Source: Blastocatellia bacterium | Lineage (GTDB): Bacteria; Acidobacteriota; Blastocatellia; UBA7656 | DNA: 64,000 nt | Reading direction: 5' to 3' | Assembly: GCA_045807725.1 (NCBI GenBank) | Contig: JBJMGV010000115.1 | Coordinates: 452 to 64,451, forward strand | Translations under genes and position numbers: made by a program | Notes under the pieces: generated by a model | Told to the model about the DNA's origin: nothing | Seen by the model: only the letters and a program-made list of their open reading frames with translations | The model's database searches: none | In this document: positions 18,132 through 27,894 of the stretch, one piece after another | Layout of the letters: every line of letters begins with the position of its first letter | How positions within the stretch are numbered: the stretch's first letter is position 1

Positions 18132-20546
18132 TTAGGTTGAACCGTTCAACGCGCTTCTTCCCATACGGCCCGCGAGACTGGCGGCGACCGTCGCCAGCTC
18201 ATCAGGCTCGACCGGCTTGGGCACGTGCATCTGGTAGCCCGCCGCGAGAATGTGTATGCGATCTTCCTTGCTGGCAAATGCAGTGAGCGCGATGGCCGGT
18301 ATCTGTTTGCCGTGCTCGCCGCGCCGGCGCACCTGATCGATCAGCCAGTATCCGTCTTTGCCGGGCATACCGATGTCGCTGACCAGAATATCGAATGAAG
18401 CCTGATCGAACATATTCAAGGCTTCTTGCGCTGACTCCGCCGCCGAAACCTCTGCGCCATACTGTGCCAACAAGACCTCAATCAACTCGCGCGCGTCCTC
18501 CTGGTCGTCAACGATCAGTATGCGCAATCCCGTCAGCAACGCGCTCGGCGAGTGGTCGAGCAGGCCCGATACGGCAGCGTCTTGAAAGACTGGCTCGGCG
18601 CTCTGCGTGCGAGGTTCCTGCAAAGGCAGATTCACCGTAAAGGTCGAACCGAGTCCGGGGCCGGGGCTGGCCGCTTCGATCTGCCCGCCGTGCAGCTCAA
18701 CCAGATGGCGCACGATGGCGAGTCCGAGCCCGAGCCCTCCCTGTCTTCGGCTGATCGAGCCATCGGCCTGACGAAACGGATCGAAGACGTGTGGTAGAAA
18801 GTCTGCGCCGATGCCTATGCCGGTGTCGCGCACGGCTACCTGCGCCTCGGAATCTGTGCGCGCCAAAGCGATCTCAACCTGTCCGCCTTCGGGCGTAAAT
18901 TTGATGGCGTTCGACAGCAGATTCCAAACGATCTGTTGCAGTCGCGTCGGGTCGGCCAGCAACAGACCGACGCCGGGGTCGAGCACGGTCATCATTTTAA
19001 TTTGCTTGGCTTCCGCTGTCGGTCGCAACACCTCGATGGCGGCTTCGATAATCGTCGAGAGCTTGACCGGCTCAAGGTTGAGCTGGAATTTGCCAGAGAC
19101 GATGCGCGACATATCGAGCAGGTCGTTGACCAGCTTGGTCTGCGCGACGGCGTTGCGCTCGACTGTTTCGACCGCGCGCACCATCTCGCCGGCGTCGAGA
19201 TTGCCTGTGCGCATCAAGCGAGTCCAGCCGAGCATCGAGTTCAGCGGCGTGCGAAGCTCGTGCGATACAGTCGCCAGGAACTCGTCTTTAAGGCGGCTGG
19301 CCTGTTCGGCTTGCGCGCGCAAGGCGCGTTCGTTAGCGAGTAACTGTTCGCGCTCGCGCTCGGCCTGCTTGCGTTCGCTGATGTCGCGTGCCGTGATGGT
19401 GTAAAACTTGTGGCCCATCAACTCGGACTGCACCACTGATACTTCAAGCGGGCACTCGCGCCCATTGGCGCAGATGCCTTGCGTTTCGTAGCGCAGCGGC
19501 GACGACCACGCCACGTCAGGCTCCGCGCCGTCTGCGCTATCTTCCGTCCCTTTCGTATGTGGGACCGGGAAGTCGCGTATGAAGCGGTGGATGGATTGGC
19601 CGATGGCTTCGTCGGCGGGACAGCCGAATATCTTCTCAGCCGCCGCGTTGAACATCGTGATATGCAGATCGGCTTCGACTGTGATGATGGCGTCGAGGGC
19701 CGAGCCGATGATGCTCGCAAGCCGCGCCCGCGACCCCAGAACCTGCGACTCCAGGGCAACGCGGGCAAAGACATCTTCGACTGCCTTCGGCAAGTAATCG
19801 AGATAATCCGGCATCTTCACCACGAAGTCGCGCACGCCGGCGCGCAAGGCTTCGATGGCGATGGCTTCATCGCTATAGCCCGTCACCATCACGGTCGGCA
19901 GGTCGTGGCCGATGGATTTCAGGTGACGATAAAGGTCGAGGCCGGTTTCGCCTCCGGCGAGGTTCTGATCGAGCAGCATCAGCGCGATGTCGCCCTGCGT
20001 GACGTGCTGTATCGCTTCGCGCGCGTTTGTCGCCGTGACGACGACATACCCGGCTCGCTCAAGCTGCCGGCGTTGCAGCAAAGCGGCTGACGGGTCGTCT
20101 TCGACAATCAAGACCAGACCGCCTTTGCCGACGTTCTGCGCCGCGCCGTTCAACTGCATTTCGAGCTGCGTGCGCTCCAGCACCTTGCCGACTGCTTGCG
20201 GCAGATCGTCCAGAAAATCTTTCGTCTTCTGGATAAATTCGCGGACGCCGACACGCAACGCTTGAATGATGGTTGATTCGCTGGCCGTGCCGCTGACCAT
20301 AACGATGGGCAGGTCGTAGCCCATCGATTTCAGCCGCGCGCAGAACTCCAGCCCGGTCATCTCGCCGAGGTGGTAATCCAGGACGATCAGGCTGATGCCG
20401 CCGCACTTCAAATGGCCGAGCGCTTCATCGGGTGTAGCAGCGATGATAACCGCGTAACCGGCCCGCTCCAGGCGGCGCTGTTGCAAACGGGCTATGCCGG
20501 CGTCATCTTCGAGAATGAGAATGATGTCGCGTTTCGGCTCAACCAT
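18132..20546 (-). CDS. Hybrid sensor histidine kinase with REC-REC-PAS-HisKA-HATPase-REC architecture
   Basis: Two N-terminal receiver domains (ILILEDD..., VLIVEDD...). HisKA H-box SHELRTPLN. HATPase G-boxes. C-terminal REC. Confidence 0.85.
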   Translation of the reverse strand: MVEPKRDIILILEDDAGIARLQQRRLERAGYAVIIAATPDEALGHLKCGGISLIVLDYHLGEMTGLEFCARLKSMGYDLPIVMVSGTASESTIIQALRVGVREFIQKTKDFLDDLPQAVGKVLERTQLEMQLNGAAQNVGKGGLVLIVEDDPSAALLQRRQLERAGYVVVTATNAREAIQHVTQGDIALMLLDQNLAGGETGLDLYRHLKSIGHDLPTVMVTGYSDEAIAIEALRAGVRDFVVKMPDYLDYLPKAVEDVFARVALESQVLGSRARLASIIGSALDAIITVEADLHITMFNAAAEKIFGCPADEAIGQSIHRFIRDFPVPHTKGTEDSADGAEPDVAWSSPLRYETQGICANGRECPLEVSVVQSELMGHKFYTITARDISERKQAEREREQLLANERALRAQAEQASRLKDEFLATVSHELRTPLNSMLGWTRLMRTGNLDAGEMVRAVETVERNAVAQTKLVNDLLDMSRIVSGKFQLNLEPVKLSTIIEAAIEVLRPTAEAKQIKMMTVLDPGVGLLLADPTRLQQIVWNLLSNAIKFTPEGGQVEIALARTDSEAQVAVRDTGIGIGADFLPHVFDPFRQADGSISRRQGGLGLGLAIVRHLVELHGGQIEAASPGPGLGSTFTVNLPLQEPRTQSAEPVFQDAAVSGLLDHSPSALLTGLRILIVDDQEDARELIEVLLAQYGAEVSAAESAQEALNMFDQASFDILVSDIGMPGKDGYWLIDQVRRRGEHGKQIPAIALTAFASKEDRIHILAAGYQMHVPKPVEPDELATVAASLAGRMGRSALNGST

Positions 20547-21006
20547 TGATTATTCCATTCGGCTTCACGGGCCACGCCGGAAGCTTCGTCGCCATAATGA
20601 AAGAAGCCAGCCGCTTGATGGTTTCAGCGAATTCATCATAAGCCACGGGCTTGGTCACGTAAGCGTTGCAGCCTTCGCGGAAGCAGCGCGTCACCTCGCG
20701 CGGGTCGTCAGTCGTTGTCAGCATGTAGACGGGAATGGTTGCCGTGTCGCTGTTGGCTTTCAACTGGCGCAAGGTCTCCATGCCGTCGAGCCGAGGCATG
20801 CGTATGTCGAGCAGCACGAGCAGCGCGCCGACTTCCGGGCGCTCACTGAGAGGCCCGTCGCTGCGTATGTAATCGAGCAGCTCCTGCCCGTTGCGCAGCC
20901 GCACCAGTCTGTCGGTGACGCCTGCGCGCCGCAGGTTGCGGTTAATCAAGGTCGCGTGGCCGTCATCGTCTTCGGCCAACAGAATTATCAGCTCACCCTT
21001 GCTCAT
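20539..21006 (-). CDS. Single-domain response regulator (CheY-like receiver)
   Basis: ILLAEDDDGHATL... receiver fold. 8-nt overlap with the downstream kinase gene and 4-nt overlap with the upstream one. Confidence 0.85.
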   Translation of the reverse strand: MSKGELIILLAEDDDGHATLINRNLRRAGVTDRLVRLRNGQELLDYIRSDGPLSERPEVGALLVLLDIRMPRLDGMETLRQLKANSDTATIPVYMLTTTDDPREVTRCFREGCNAYVTKPVAYDEFAETIKRLASFIMATKLPAWPVKPNGIING

Positions 21007-22349
21007 CCTTCCGATTCCTCGCCCGCTTCGGCCAGGCTCTGATCCGCTGCCAGCGTCACAAAGAAAGTCGTTCCCTCGCCGGCTTTCGATTCAACCCAGA
21101 CGCGGCCATTGTGGCGCTCGATGATGCGGCGCACGATGGCCAGCCCCATCCCTTCGCCTCTGGCGGCTTCGGGATGAAATCGCTGGAAGGCGCGGAAAAG
21201 TTTGCCCCGCTCGATGTCGCTCAAGCCCAGGCCGTTGTCGCGCACATAGTAAGCGCGCACGGGCTGCTCAACTTCGTCTTCATTCGCAAAGACCGTGTCG
21301 ACGCAGCCGATCTCGATTACGCCCGCTCGCTTCGGGTCGAGGTAATTCAGCGCGTTGGAGATGAGATTGCTGAACAGTTGTTCGAGCGCCGCCGGATCGC
21401 CCCACGTCGGCGGCAGGTCGTGAATGATGATCTTCGCGCCTCGGCCCTTGATCGTCGCGTTCAGCGCATCATTGATGCGCTCGACCATCTCCTTCAAATT
21501 CACCTTGCGCACCTGATAGATGATTCGCCCGGCGCGCGACAGCCTGAGCAGCGCGTCGATGATCTTGCTGAGGTGCGACACGGCGGTCTGTATGAACTGC
21601 ACAGACTCAGCCATTTCGCCTTCAATGATCGTCACGCCACGCGCGCGCAGCTCTGGCGGCACGCTCTCGCCGTTGAGCAACGCTTTGAGGTCTTCCGACA
21701 CCATGCCGAGTTCCTGGCTGAAGCCTTGCAGGTTGACCAGCGGCGTGCGCATATCGTGCGAGACGCTGTAGACGAACATCTCGTTCTCTTCGCTCTTCTG
21801 CGCCAGTTGTATGTTCGACCGCGCCAGATCGTTGACGCGTTGCTGCAACTCTTCGTTCAACTGCCGAATCTGTTCTTCCCATATCCGCCGCTCGGTCATA
21901 TCGCGGGTGACTTTAGCGAAGCCGCGATGAACGCCCTGCGCGTCGAAGACAGCGGTGATGATCACGTCGGCCCAGAACGTTGTGCCGTCCTTACGCACAC
22001 GCCAGCCTACGTCCTCGTAGCGCCCCTGCGCGACGGCCTCCTTCAACTCGTATTGGGGATACTTGATCGCCTTCGCCTCTTCCGTGTAAAAGATGGAGAA
22101 GTGCTTGCCGATAATCTCGTCCGCCTGATAGCCCTTGAGCCGTTGCGCGCCTGCGTTCCAGCTAATGATATGGCCGGTGGTGTCGAGCATGAAGATGGCG
22201 TAATCCTTCACGCTCTGAACCATCAACTGAAACAGGTTGCCATCTTCGCCCTTCTCTTTTGCCTGCGCGAGCAGGCTCTCGCCCTGTGCGTCACCTGCCG
22301 ACGGCTCTGCGGATGGTGTGGTGATCTCTGGGTCTGATTGACGTTGCAT
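21003..22349 (-). CDS. PAS-domain sensor histidine kinase
   Basis: PAS domain, H-box SHDMRTPL, HATPase domain. First gene of a three-gene signalling operon. Confidence 0.85.
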   Translation of the reverse strand: MQRQSDPEITTPSAEPSAGDAQGESLLAQAKEKGEDGNLFQLMVQSVKDYAIFMLDTTGHIISWNAGAQRLKGYQADEIIGKHFSIFYTEEAKAIKYPQYELKEAVAQGRYEDVGWRVRKDGTTFWADVIITAVFDAQGVHRGFAKVTRDMTERRIWEEQIRQLNEELQQRVNDLARSNIQLAQKSEENEMFVYSVSHDMRTPLVNLQGFSQELGMVSEDLKALLNGESVPPELRARGVTIIEGEMAESVQFIQTAVSHLSKIIDALLRLSRAGRIIYQVRKVNLKEMVERINDALNATIKGRGAKIIIHDLPPTWGDPAALEQLFSNLISNALNYLDPKRAGVIEIGCVDTVFANEDEVEQPVRAYYVRDNGLGLSDIERGKLFRAFQRFHPEAARGEGMGLAIVRRIIERHNGRVWVESKAGEGTTFFVTLAADQSLAEAGEESEG

Positions 22350-22771
22350 TGCTCTGACTCTTTCCCGATGTCACGTTCAGGGCATCGACCGACCAAACGA
22401 TTCGGCCTGACAGAGGCAGCGCGGCTGCAAGGCCCGGCTGCTTGAATGATGGATGGTGAATATCAGCGTTCGTTCCGCGATTTCATGAAATTGGGTTGGT
22501 CGTCCACAGAATGTTTCTGACCAGGCAGTCCGGTGTCGAGACCTCGATGATTTATTGCCGTTATGCCTTGCCGTGAAGCTCAAGGCAAACGCTGGTTCAA
22601 CCCCATTGCAGGTAAGCGTCCTAGACGGTTATCTTACTATTTGCCCGGCAACCGGGGCAACTCATACATTGCGAGCTTAGTCGCCTTGCCATCAGAGTTG
22701 GTCTCTGGTTTCATCCGCTGCCGCCGTCCTGCTATTATCAAAGTCTCAGTAAAAGTAACGGAGTAGACCTC

Positions 22772-23587
22772 ATGTTGAAGAATAAAAAGCTGGCCGTGCT
22801 GGGCTGCGGCAAGCTCGGCGAAACGCTCATCAAGGGGCTGCTCGAAGCCGGCGTGATCGAAGTCGGCAACGTCACCGTCACCGCTGGCCACCAGCAGCGA
22901 CTCGACCAGATGCGCGAGCGATTCGGCGTCGCCGGTACGTTGTCGAATCAGATGGCGGCAGAGTCCGCCGACCTCATCATCCTGGCCGTGAAGCCGCAGA
23001 CCGTGCCGCGCGTCGTCACGGAGATCAGCGAAACGCTGCGCCCATCACAGGTCTTGATCTCGGTCGCCGCCTCGGTCAGCACGGCCTTCATTGAAAAGCA
23101 TCTCAGCGCGCCGGTTCCCGTAATTCGCGCGATGCCGAACACGCCTTGCCTGTTGAAGAAGGGGATGACCGGCATCGCGCCGGGCAGCAACGCCGGGCGC
23201 GATCACGTCGCGCTGGCCAAGTTCATCTTCGATGCGGTCGGGCGCACGGTGGTCGCCGACGAAAAGCACATGGACGCCATCACCGGGTTGTCGGCGAGCG
23301 GCCCGGCCTTCATCTACGTCATCATCGAGTCGCTGGCCGAGGCCGGCGTTAAGGTCGGCCTGCCGCGCGACGTGGCAACCGAGCTGGCAGCGCAAACCGT
23401 CGTAGGCGCTGGCTCGATGGTGCTTGAAACCGGCGAGCACCCGGCCAAGCTCAAAGACACTGTGACCACGCCCGCCGGCTGCACGATTGACGGCCTTCTC
23501 GAATTGGAAGAAGGCGGCCTGCGTGTGACGCTCATCAAGGCTGTCGTCAAAGCGACGCAGCGAGCAAAGGAGTTGCTGGAAACCTGA
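22772..23587 (+). CDS. proC: Pyrroline-5-carboxylate reductase
   Basis: MLKNKKLAVLGCGKLGETL Rossmann N-terminus and P5CR C-terminal dimerisation domain. Confidence 0.9.
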   Translation: MLKNKKLAVLGCGKLGETLIKGLLEAGVIEVGNVTVTAGHQQRLDQMRERFGVAGTLSNQMAAESADLIILAVKPQTVPRVVTEISETLRPSQVLISVAASVSTAFIEKHLSAPVPVIRAMPNTPCLLKKGMTGIAPGSNAGRDHVALAKFIFDAVGRTVVADEKHMDAITGLSASGPAFIYVIIESLAEAGVKVGLPRDVATELAAQTVVGAGSMVLETGEHPAKLKDTVTTPAGCTIDGLLELEEGGLRVTLIKAVVKATQRAKELLET

Positions 23588-25395
23588 TGAAAGACAGACG
23601 CGGCGACACGGCGACGCGGGGACGCGGCGAACGAAAGGATTGGCGATGCGTCGTCTTCGTTACCTGCTTCTTGCTTCTTGTTGATTGCCTTCCAATCTTG
23701 GGCGGGCCGGCAATGCAAAAGAGCGAAGACAAGAGCGCGCAGGCAGCAGCGGAATTCCCGAAGTTTGTTGACGAGTACTTTAACGACTTTTATTCGCGCC
23801 ACCCGTCAGCGGCGGCGGCGACCGGCCTGCACGCGTGGGACGGCCAGCTCGAAGATTACAGCAGCGCCGCGCTCAATGACGAGGTCAGCGCGATTAAGAA
23901 ATTCCAGGCGCGGCTGCAAAAGATTCCCGCCATCGAGCTGGGCCTTTCCGACATTCTCGACTACCAGATTCTCGCCTCCAACATGCAATCGCGTCTGCTT
24001 GAGCTTGAGCGCATCAAGAGCTTCGAGCACAATCCGGGCCTCTATAACGACGTGTTGTCAGGCGCGTTGCTGCAAGTTGCTTCGTTCGAGTATGCGCCGC
24101 CCGATTCGCGGCTGCACCATCTCATCGCCAAAGAGAAACTCGTGCCGCGCTTTCTCGAAGCCGCCCGCGCCAACGTTCGCAACGTGCCGCCGGTTTATTT
24201 GAAGGTGGCTCTCGAAGGCTTCAAAGGGACGCTCGACTTTGTCCAGACCGATCTGCCGAAAGCCTTCGCTTCAGTCAAGGATGCCGCGCTGCAAGCCGAG
24301 TTCAAGAAGGCGACGAAAGCCGCAGCCGACGCGCTCGCCCGATACCTCAAGCACCTGCAAGAGCTGAAGCCCGACCCGGCGGCGAGCTTTGCCATTGGCC
24401 GGGAGAATTATGAAGCCAAGCTGAAGTACGATGAAGGCATAGACATCCCCGTTGACGCGCTGCTGAAGATTGCTAATCGTGAATTGACCAAAGCGCAGGA
24501 CGATTTCCGCAAGACCGCCGCCCGCATCGACCCGAAACGCGACGCGCAAGCCGTCTGGGCCGACATTCAGCGCGACCACCCGAAAGCCGGCACGCTGGTT
24601 CAAGAGGCCAGCCGCCAGCTTGACGCCTTGGTAAAGTTCATCACAGAAAAACAGATCGTCACGCTGCCGACCGCTGAGAGGCCGCTCGTCGCTGCAACGC
24701 CGGATTTCATGCGCTGGTCTACGGCGAGCATGTCAACGCCGGGCGCGCTGGAGCGCGGGCCGGCGCGGGCGCGTTACCTCATCACCGATGTCGATCCAAC
24801 GTGGACCGAGCGGCAGAAGGAAGAATACCTCGCCTCGATCAACTACGAGCAGTTATGGACGACCTCGATTCACGAAGCGTATCCGGGCCACTACGTGCAG
24901 GGAATGTACTTGCGCCAGGTGGCGTCGCCTGTGCGAAAGACGTGGGCCATTGCGCCCGGCAGCTTCGTCGAAGGCTGGGCGCATTACACCGAGCAGATGA
25001 TGCTCGAAGAAGGCTTCGGCGGTAACGACCCGAAGCTGAAGATGGGGCAGTTGGCCGATGCGCTATTGAGGCTGTGCCGCTTCGTCGTCGGCATCCGCGA
25101 ACACACGGATGGGATGACGGTCGAGCAGGCGACGCGCTTCTTCATGCAGAATGCCTATATGGGCGAGACGCCATCGCGCATCGAAGCCGAGCGCGGCACG
25201 TTCGACCCGACCTATCTGGTCTACACGGTCGGCAAGCTGGCGATTCTGAAGATGCGCGACGACTACCGGCGCTATCGCGGCAAGGAATTTTCGTTACAGG
25301 AATTTCACGACAAGCTGCTTCAGAACGGCAACGCGCCGCTCTGGGTGCATCGCCAGTTATTGATGCCCGGCGATAAAGGCAAGCTGCTGGAATAA
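23587..25395 (+). CDS. DUF885-family protein (putative zinc metallopeptidase-like)
   Basis: About 600 aa with the HEAYPGHY HExxH-like motif characteristic of DUF885. N-terminal hydrophobic segment. The start may instead be the internal ATG at 23713. Confidence 0.6.
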   Translation: MKDRRGDTATRGRGERKDWRCVVFVTCFLLLVDCLPILGGPAMQKSEDKSAQAAAEFPKFVDEYFNDFYSRHPSAAAATGLHAWDGQLEDYSSAALNDEVSAIKKFQARLQKIPAIELGLSDILDYQILASNMQSRLLELERIKSFEHNPGLYNDVLSGALLQVASFEYAPPDSRLHHLIAKEKLVPRFLEAARANVRNVPPVYLKVALEGFKGTLDFVQTDLPKAFASVKDAALQAEFKKATKAAADALARYLKHLQELKPDPAASFAIGRENYEAKLKYDEGIDIPVDALLKIANRELTKAQDDFRKTAARIDPKRDAQAVWADIQRDHPKAGTLVQEASRQLDALVKFITEKQIVTLPTAERPLVAATPDFMRWSTASMSTPGALERGPARARYLITDVDPTWTERQKEEYLASINYEQLWTTSIHEAYPGHYVQGMYLRQVASPVRKTWAIAPGSFVEGWAHYTEQMMLEEGFGGNDPKLKMGQLADALLRLCRFVVGIREHTDGMTVEQATRFFMQNAYMGETPSRIEAERGTFDPTYLVYTVGKLAILKMRDDYRRYRGKEFSLQEFHDKLLQNGNAPLWVHRQLLMPGDKGKLLE

Positions 25396-25456
25396 TCGGG
25401 CGCGCATCATCAGCCGATCTCAGGCAGGCGCTTGATGACAGCGGCCCGCGTGGATA

Positions 25457-26230
25457 ATGAACATTAGAACCGTAAACGCTACAAGGTATGTCACGCCGTT
25501 GCGCGAAGGCGGCTCGCTGCCGGCCATCATCGAAGCCGATGATGACGGGATGTACGTGCTCAAATTCAGCGGCGCGGGGCAGGGAAAAAAGGCGCTAATC
25601 GCGGAGCTTGTGGCCGGAGAATTGGCTCGCGCCGCAGGGTTGCTTGTGCCGGAGATCGTCTTCGTTGAGCTTGACCCGGAACTGGCGCGCACAGAGCCTG
25701 ACCCTGAGATTCAACACCTGATTCGCGCGAGCGCCGGCCTGAATCTCGCGCTCGATTACCTGCCCGGCTCAGTGATGTTCGACCCTGTGGCCGAGCGGCC
25801 CGCCGGCGCGCTCGCCTCTTCGATTGTCTGGTTCGACGCCTTCGTCACCAACGTTGATCGTACGGCGCGCAACACCAACATGCTGATGTGGCATAGGCGG
25901 CTGCATCTCATCGATCACGGCGCGGCGCTCTACTTTCATCACACCTGGACGAACTATCACGCACGCAGCCGCGACCCGTTCGCATTGATCAAGGATCATG
26001 TGTTGTTGCGTTTTGCGGACTCACTTGAAGAAGCGGACGCGACGATGACTGCGCACATAACCACCGATCTGATCGACCGCGTTGTCCGATTAATCCCTGA
26101 CGACTGGCTAGTGAGCGATTCACCGTTTGACGAGGCCGACCGACATCGTGATGCCTACGTCGAATACCTGTCGAGCCGTTTGCAAGCGCCGCGTGCGTTC
26201 GCGGAGGAGGCGATTCGTGCGCGATCATAA
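25457..26230 (+). CDS. Minimal HipA-like serine/threonine kinase (core kinase domain only)
   Basis: Gly-rich loop LKFSGAGQGKKALIAE. Catalytic segment FVTNVDRTARNTNML and LIDHGAAL align with the HipA catalytic and activation motifs. Only 257 aa, with no HipA N-terminal subdomains. Confidence 0.6.
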   Translation: MNIRTVNATRYVTPLREGGSLPAIIEADDDGMYVLKFSGAGQGKKALIAELVAGELARAAGLLVPEIVFVELDPELARTEPDPEIQHLIRASAGLNLALDYLPGSVMFDPVAERPAGALASSIVWFDAFVTNVDRTARNTNMLMWHRRLHLIDHGAALYFHHTWTNYHARSRDPFALIKDHVLLRFADSLEEADATMTAHITTDLIDRVVRLIPDDWLVSDSPFDEADRHRDAYVEYLSSRLQAPRAFAEEAIRARS

Positions 26231-26645
26231 CACGTATGACTATGCGATCATCCGCGTCGTCCCGCGCGTCGAGCGTGAAGAGTTCGTCAACGCCGGTGTG
26301 ATCGTTTTGTGTCAGGCCAGAGAGTTTCTCGAAGCCCGCATCGAACTGGACGAATCACGTTTGCGGGCGATTGACCCGACGCCGGATATCGAATCCATCC
26401 GCGCGCACCTTGCGACCATTCCGGCCATCTGCGCGGGCGGCGACAGGGCCGGGCCGATTGGACGGCTGTCGCGGCGCGAACGATTCGACTGGATCACCGC
26501 GCCGCGCAGCACCATCATTCAAACTTCGCCGGTACACACGGGCCGCTGCGATGACCCGGCGGCCTTGATCGAGCGCCTGCTCGATCAGATGGTGCGCCCG
26601 CCGCGTATAACTGTGTTAGACTCGCCGAACACGGAGGCTTTATGA
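26216..26645 (+). CDS. DUF3037 domain protein
   Basis: YDYAIIRVVPRVEREEFVNAGVIVLC is the hallmark DUF3037 N-terminal motif. GTG start at 26216 with GAGGAGG 6 nt upstream. Overlaps the kinase 3' end by 15 nt (translational coupling). Confidence 0.65.
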
Positions 26646-27202
26646 GCACGCAGATCGAACCGCTAATGACCATAGAAGACCTTGATGCGATGCCCGACGA
26701 CGGCTACCGCTACGAAATTATCGAGGGGGAACTATTCGTGTCACGCGCACCAAATCTCAAACATCAACGTGTCTCCATGAGTATCACAAAAGCAATCCTT
26801 CCTTACCTCGCGCGCAACCCAATAGGAGAGCTTCTCACGACGCCGGGTATTATCTTCAGCGATTTCAATGGCGTGATACCTGACTTGATATTTATGTCTC
26901 ATGAGCGGCGCGGTGAGATTGCGTCAGGTGATCGAATAACCGGAGCGCCCGAATTGGTGATCGAGATTGTTTCTCCCGGTTCTGAAAACGAAAAGCGCGA
27001 CCGCATCGCCAAGCGACAACTCTACGGCAAATATGGCGTGAAGGAATATTGGGTGGTTGATCCTTATCAACGGACGATTGAAGTCTACGTTCTCAAAGGT
27101 CAAACGCTCGTCCTCGATGCGACGTTTTCCGAAGCCGACGAACTGGTCTCATCGGTGCTGCCGGGATTCAGTTGCAAGGTCGAGAGCATCTTCCGCGTTT
27201 AA
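26642..27202 (+). CDS. Uma2-family (DUF820) PD-(D/E)xK endonuclease
   Basis: YRYEIIEGELFVS....PELVIEIVSPGSENEKRDRIAKRQLYGKYGVKEYWVVD, canonical Uma2. ATGA overlap with the DUF3037 gene. GGAGG RBS. Confidence 0.8.
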   Translation: MSTQIEPLMTIEDLDAMPDDGYRYEIIEGELFVSRAPNLKHQRVSMSITKAILPYLARNPIGELLTTPGIIFSDFNGVIPDLIFMSHERRGEIASGDRITGAPELVIEIVSPGSENEKRDRIAKRQLYGKYGVKEYWVVDPYQRTIEVYVLKGQTLVLDATFSEADELVSSVLPGFSCKVESIFRV

Positions 27203-27240
27203 CCCTGATCTTCGGCATCAGCATTCACCATAAAGGCAAC

Positions 27241-27269
27241 GGGGAGGCGATAAGCCTCCCCGCTTTGCT
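27241..27269. terminator. Hairpin terminator shared by convergent genes (Uma2 gene and BON gene)
   Basis: ggggaggc-gata-gcctcccc followed by gctttgctt. Confidence 0.5.
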
Positions 27270-27291
27270 TATGAGACAAATAACAATCCAC

Positions 27292-27693
27292 TTACATATT
27301 CTTGTTGCTCTTTTTCTTTGCAGCCGTCGAGCCATTCTTGTTGCCTTTGGGCACGGCGGTCTTCATCTCGACTTCGAGATTGTTGGTGACGCTCTTGACG
27401 CAGGGCACGGCTTTGGCAACGCGCGTCGCTGTGCCTTTGTTGCCTCCGGTCTTGACCTTGCCGGCCAATGTCACCACGCCGCCGTCTGCCGTCGCTGTGA
27501 TCGCCTGTCCGTTGAGCGAGGGCGCGGCGGCGAGCCGGGCATTGACGTTCTTGGCCAGCGTCACGTCGTCAACGGTCGAGCAGTTCGGAGGCGGGACTTT
27601 CGGCTTCTTCGGCTTTGCGGTGTTACTGTTCTGCGCCAGCGCCGCGCCGCTCATCAACATCAGCATCAACACTGCAACGAGAATTCTTCTCAT
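27292..27693 (-). CDS. BON-domain periplasmic protein (OsmY-like)
   Basis: Signal peptide MRRILVAVLMLMLMSGAALA, BON domain, Lys-rich tail. AAGGAG RBS before the internal ATG at 27693. Confidence 0.6.
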   Translation of the reverse strand: MRRILVAVLMLMLMSGAALAQNSNTAKPKKPKVPPPNCSTVDDVTLAKNVNARLAAAPSLNGQAITATADGGVVTLAGKVKTGGNKGTATRVAKAVPCVKSVTNNLEVEMKTAVPKGNKNGSTAAKKKSNKNM

Positions 27694-27894
27694 GCTCTTC
27701 TCCTTTTGCGGTCGAGTGTCGGGCCACGAGAACAACCTGCCGCGAGCAGCGGCCCGCACCTGACCATTATGGTTGTGAACGATTCGCCAGCGAACACGGG
27801 GGAAGATGACGCGTTCGCGGCAGCTTGTAGGGTAAACTACGTTGTCGCCCTGACGAGCGAAACGCCCAGATTATTCGCCAACCGAACCGCAGAG

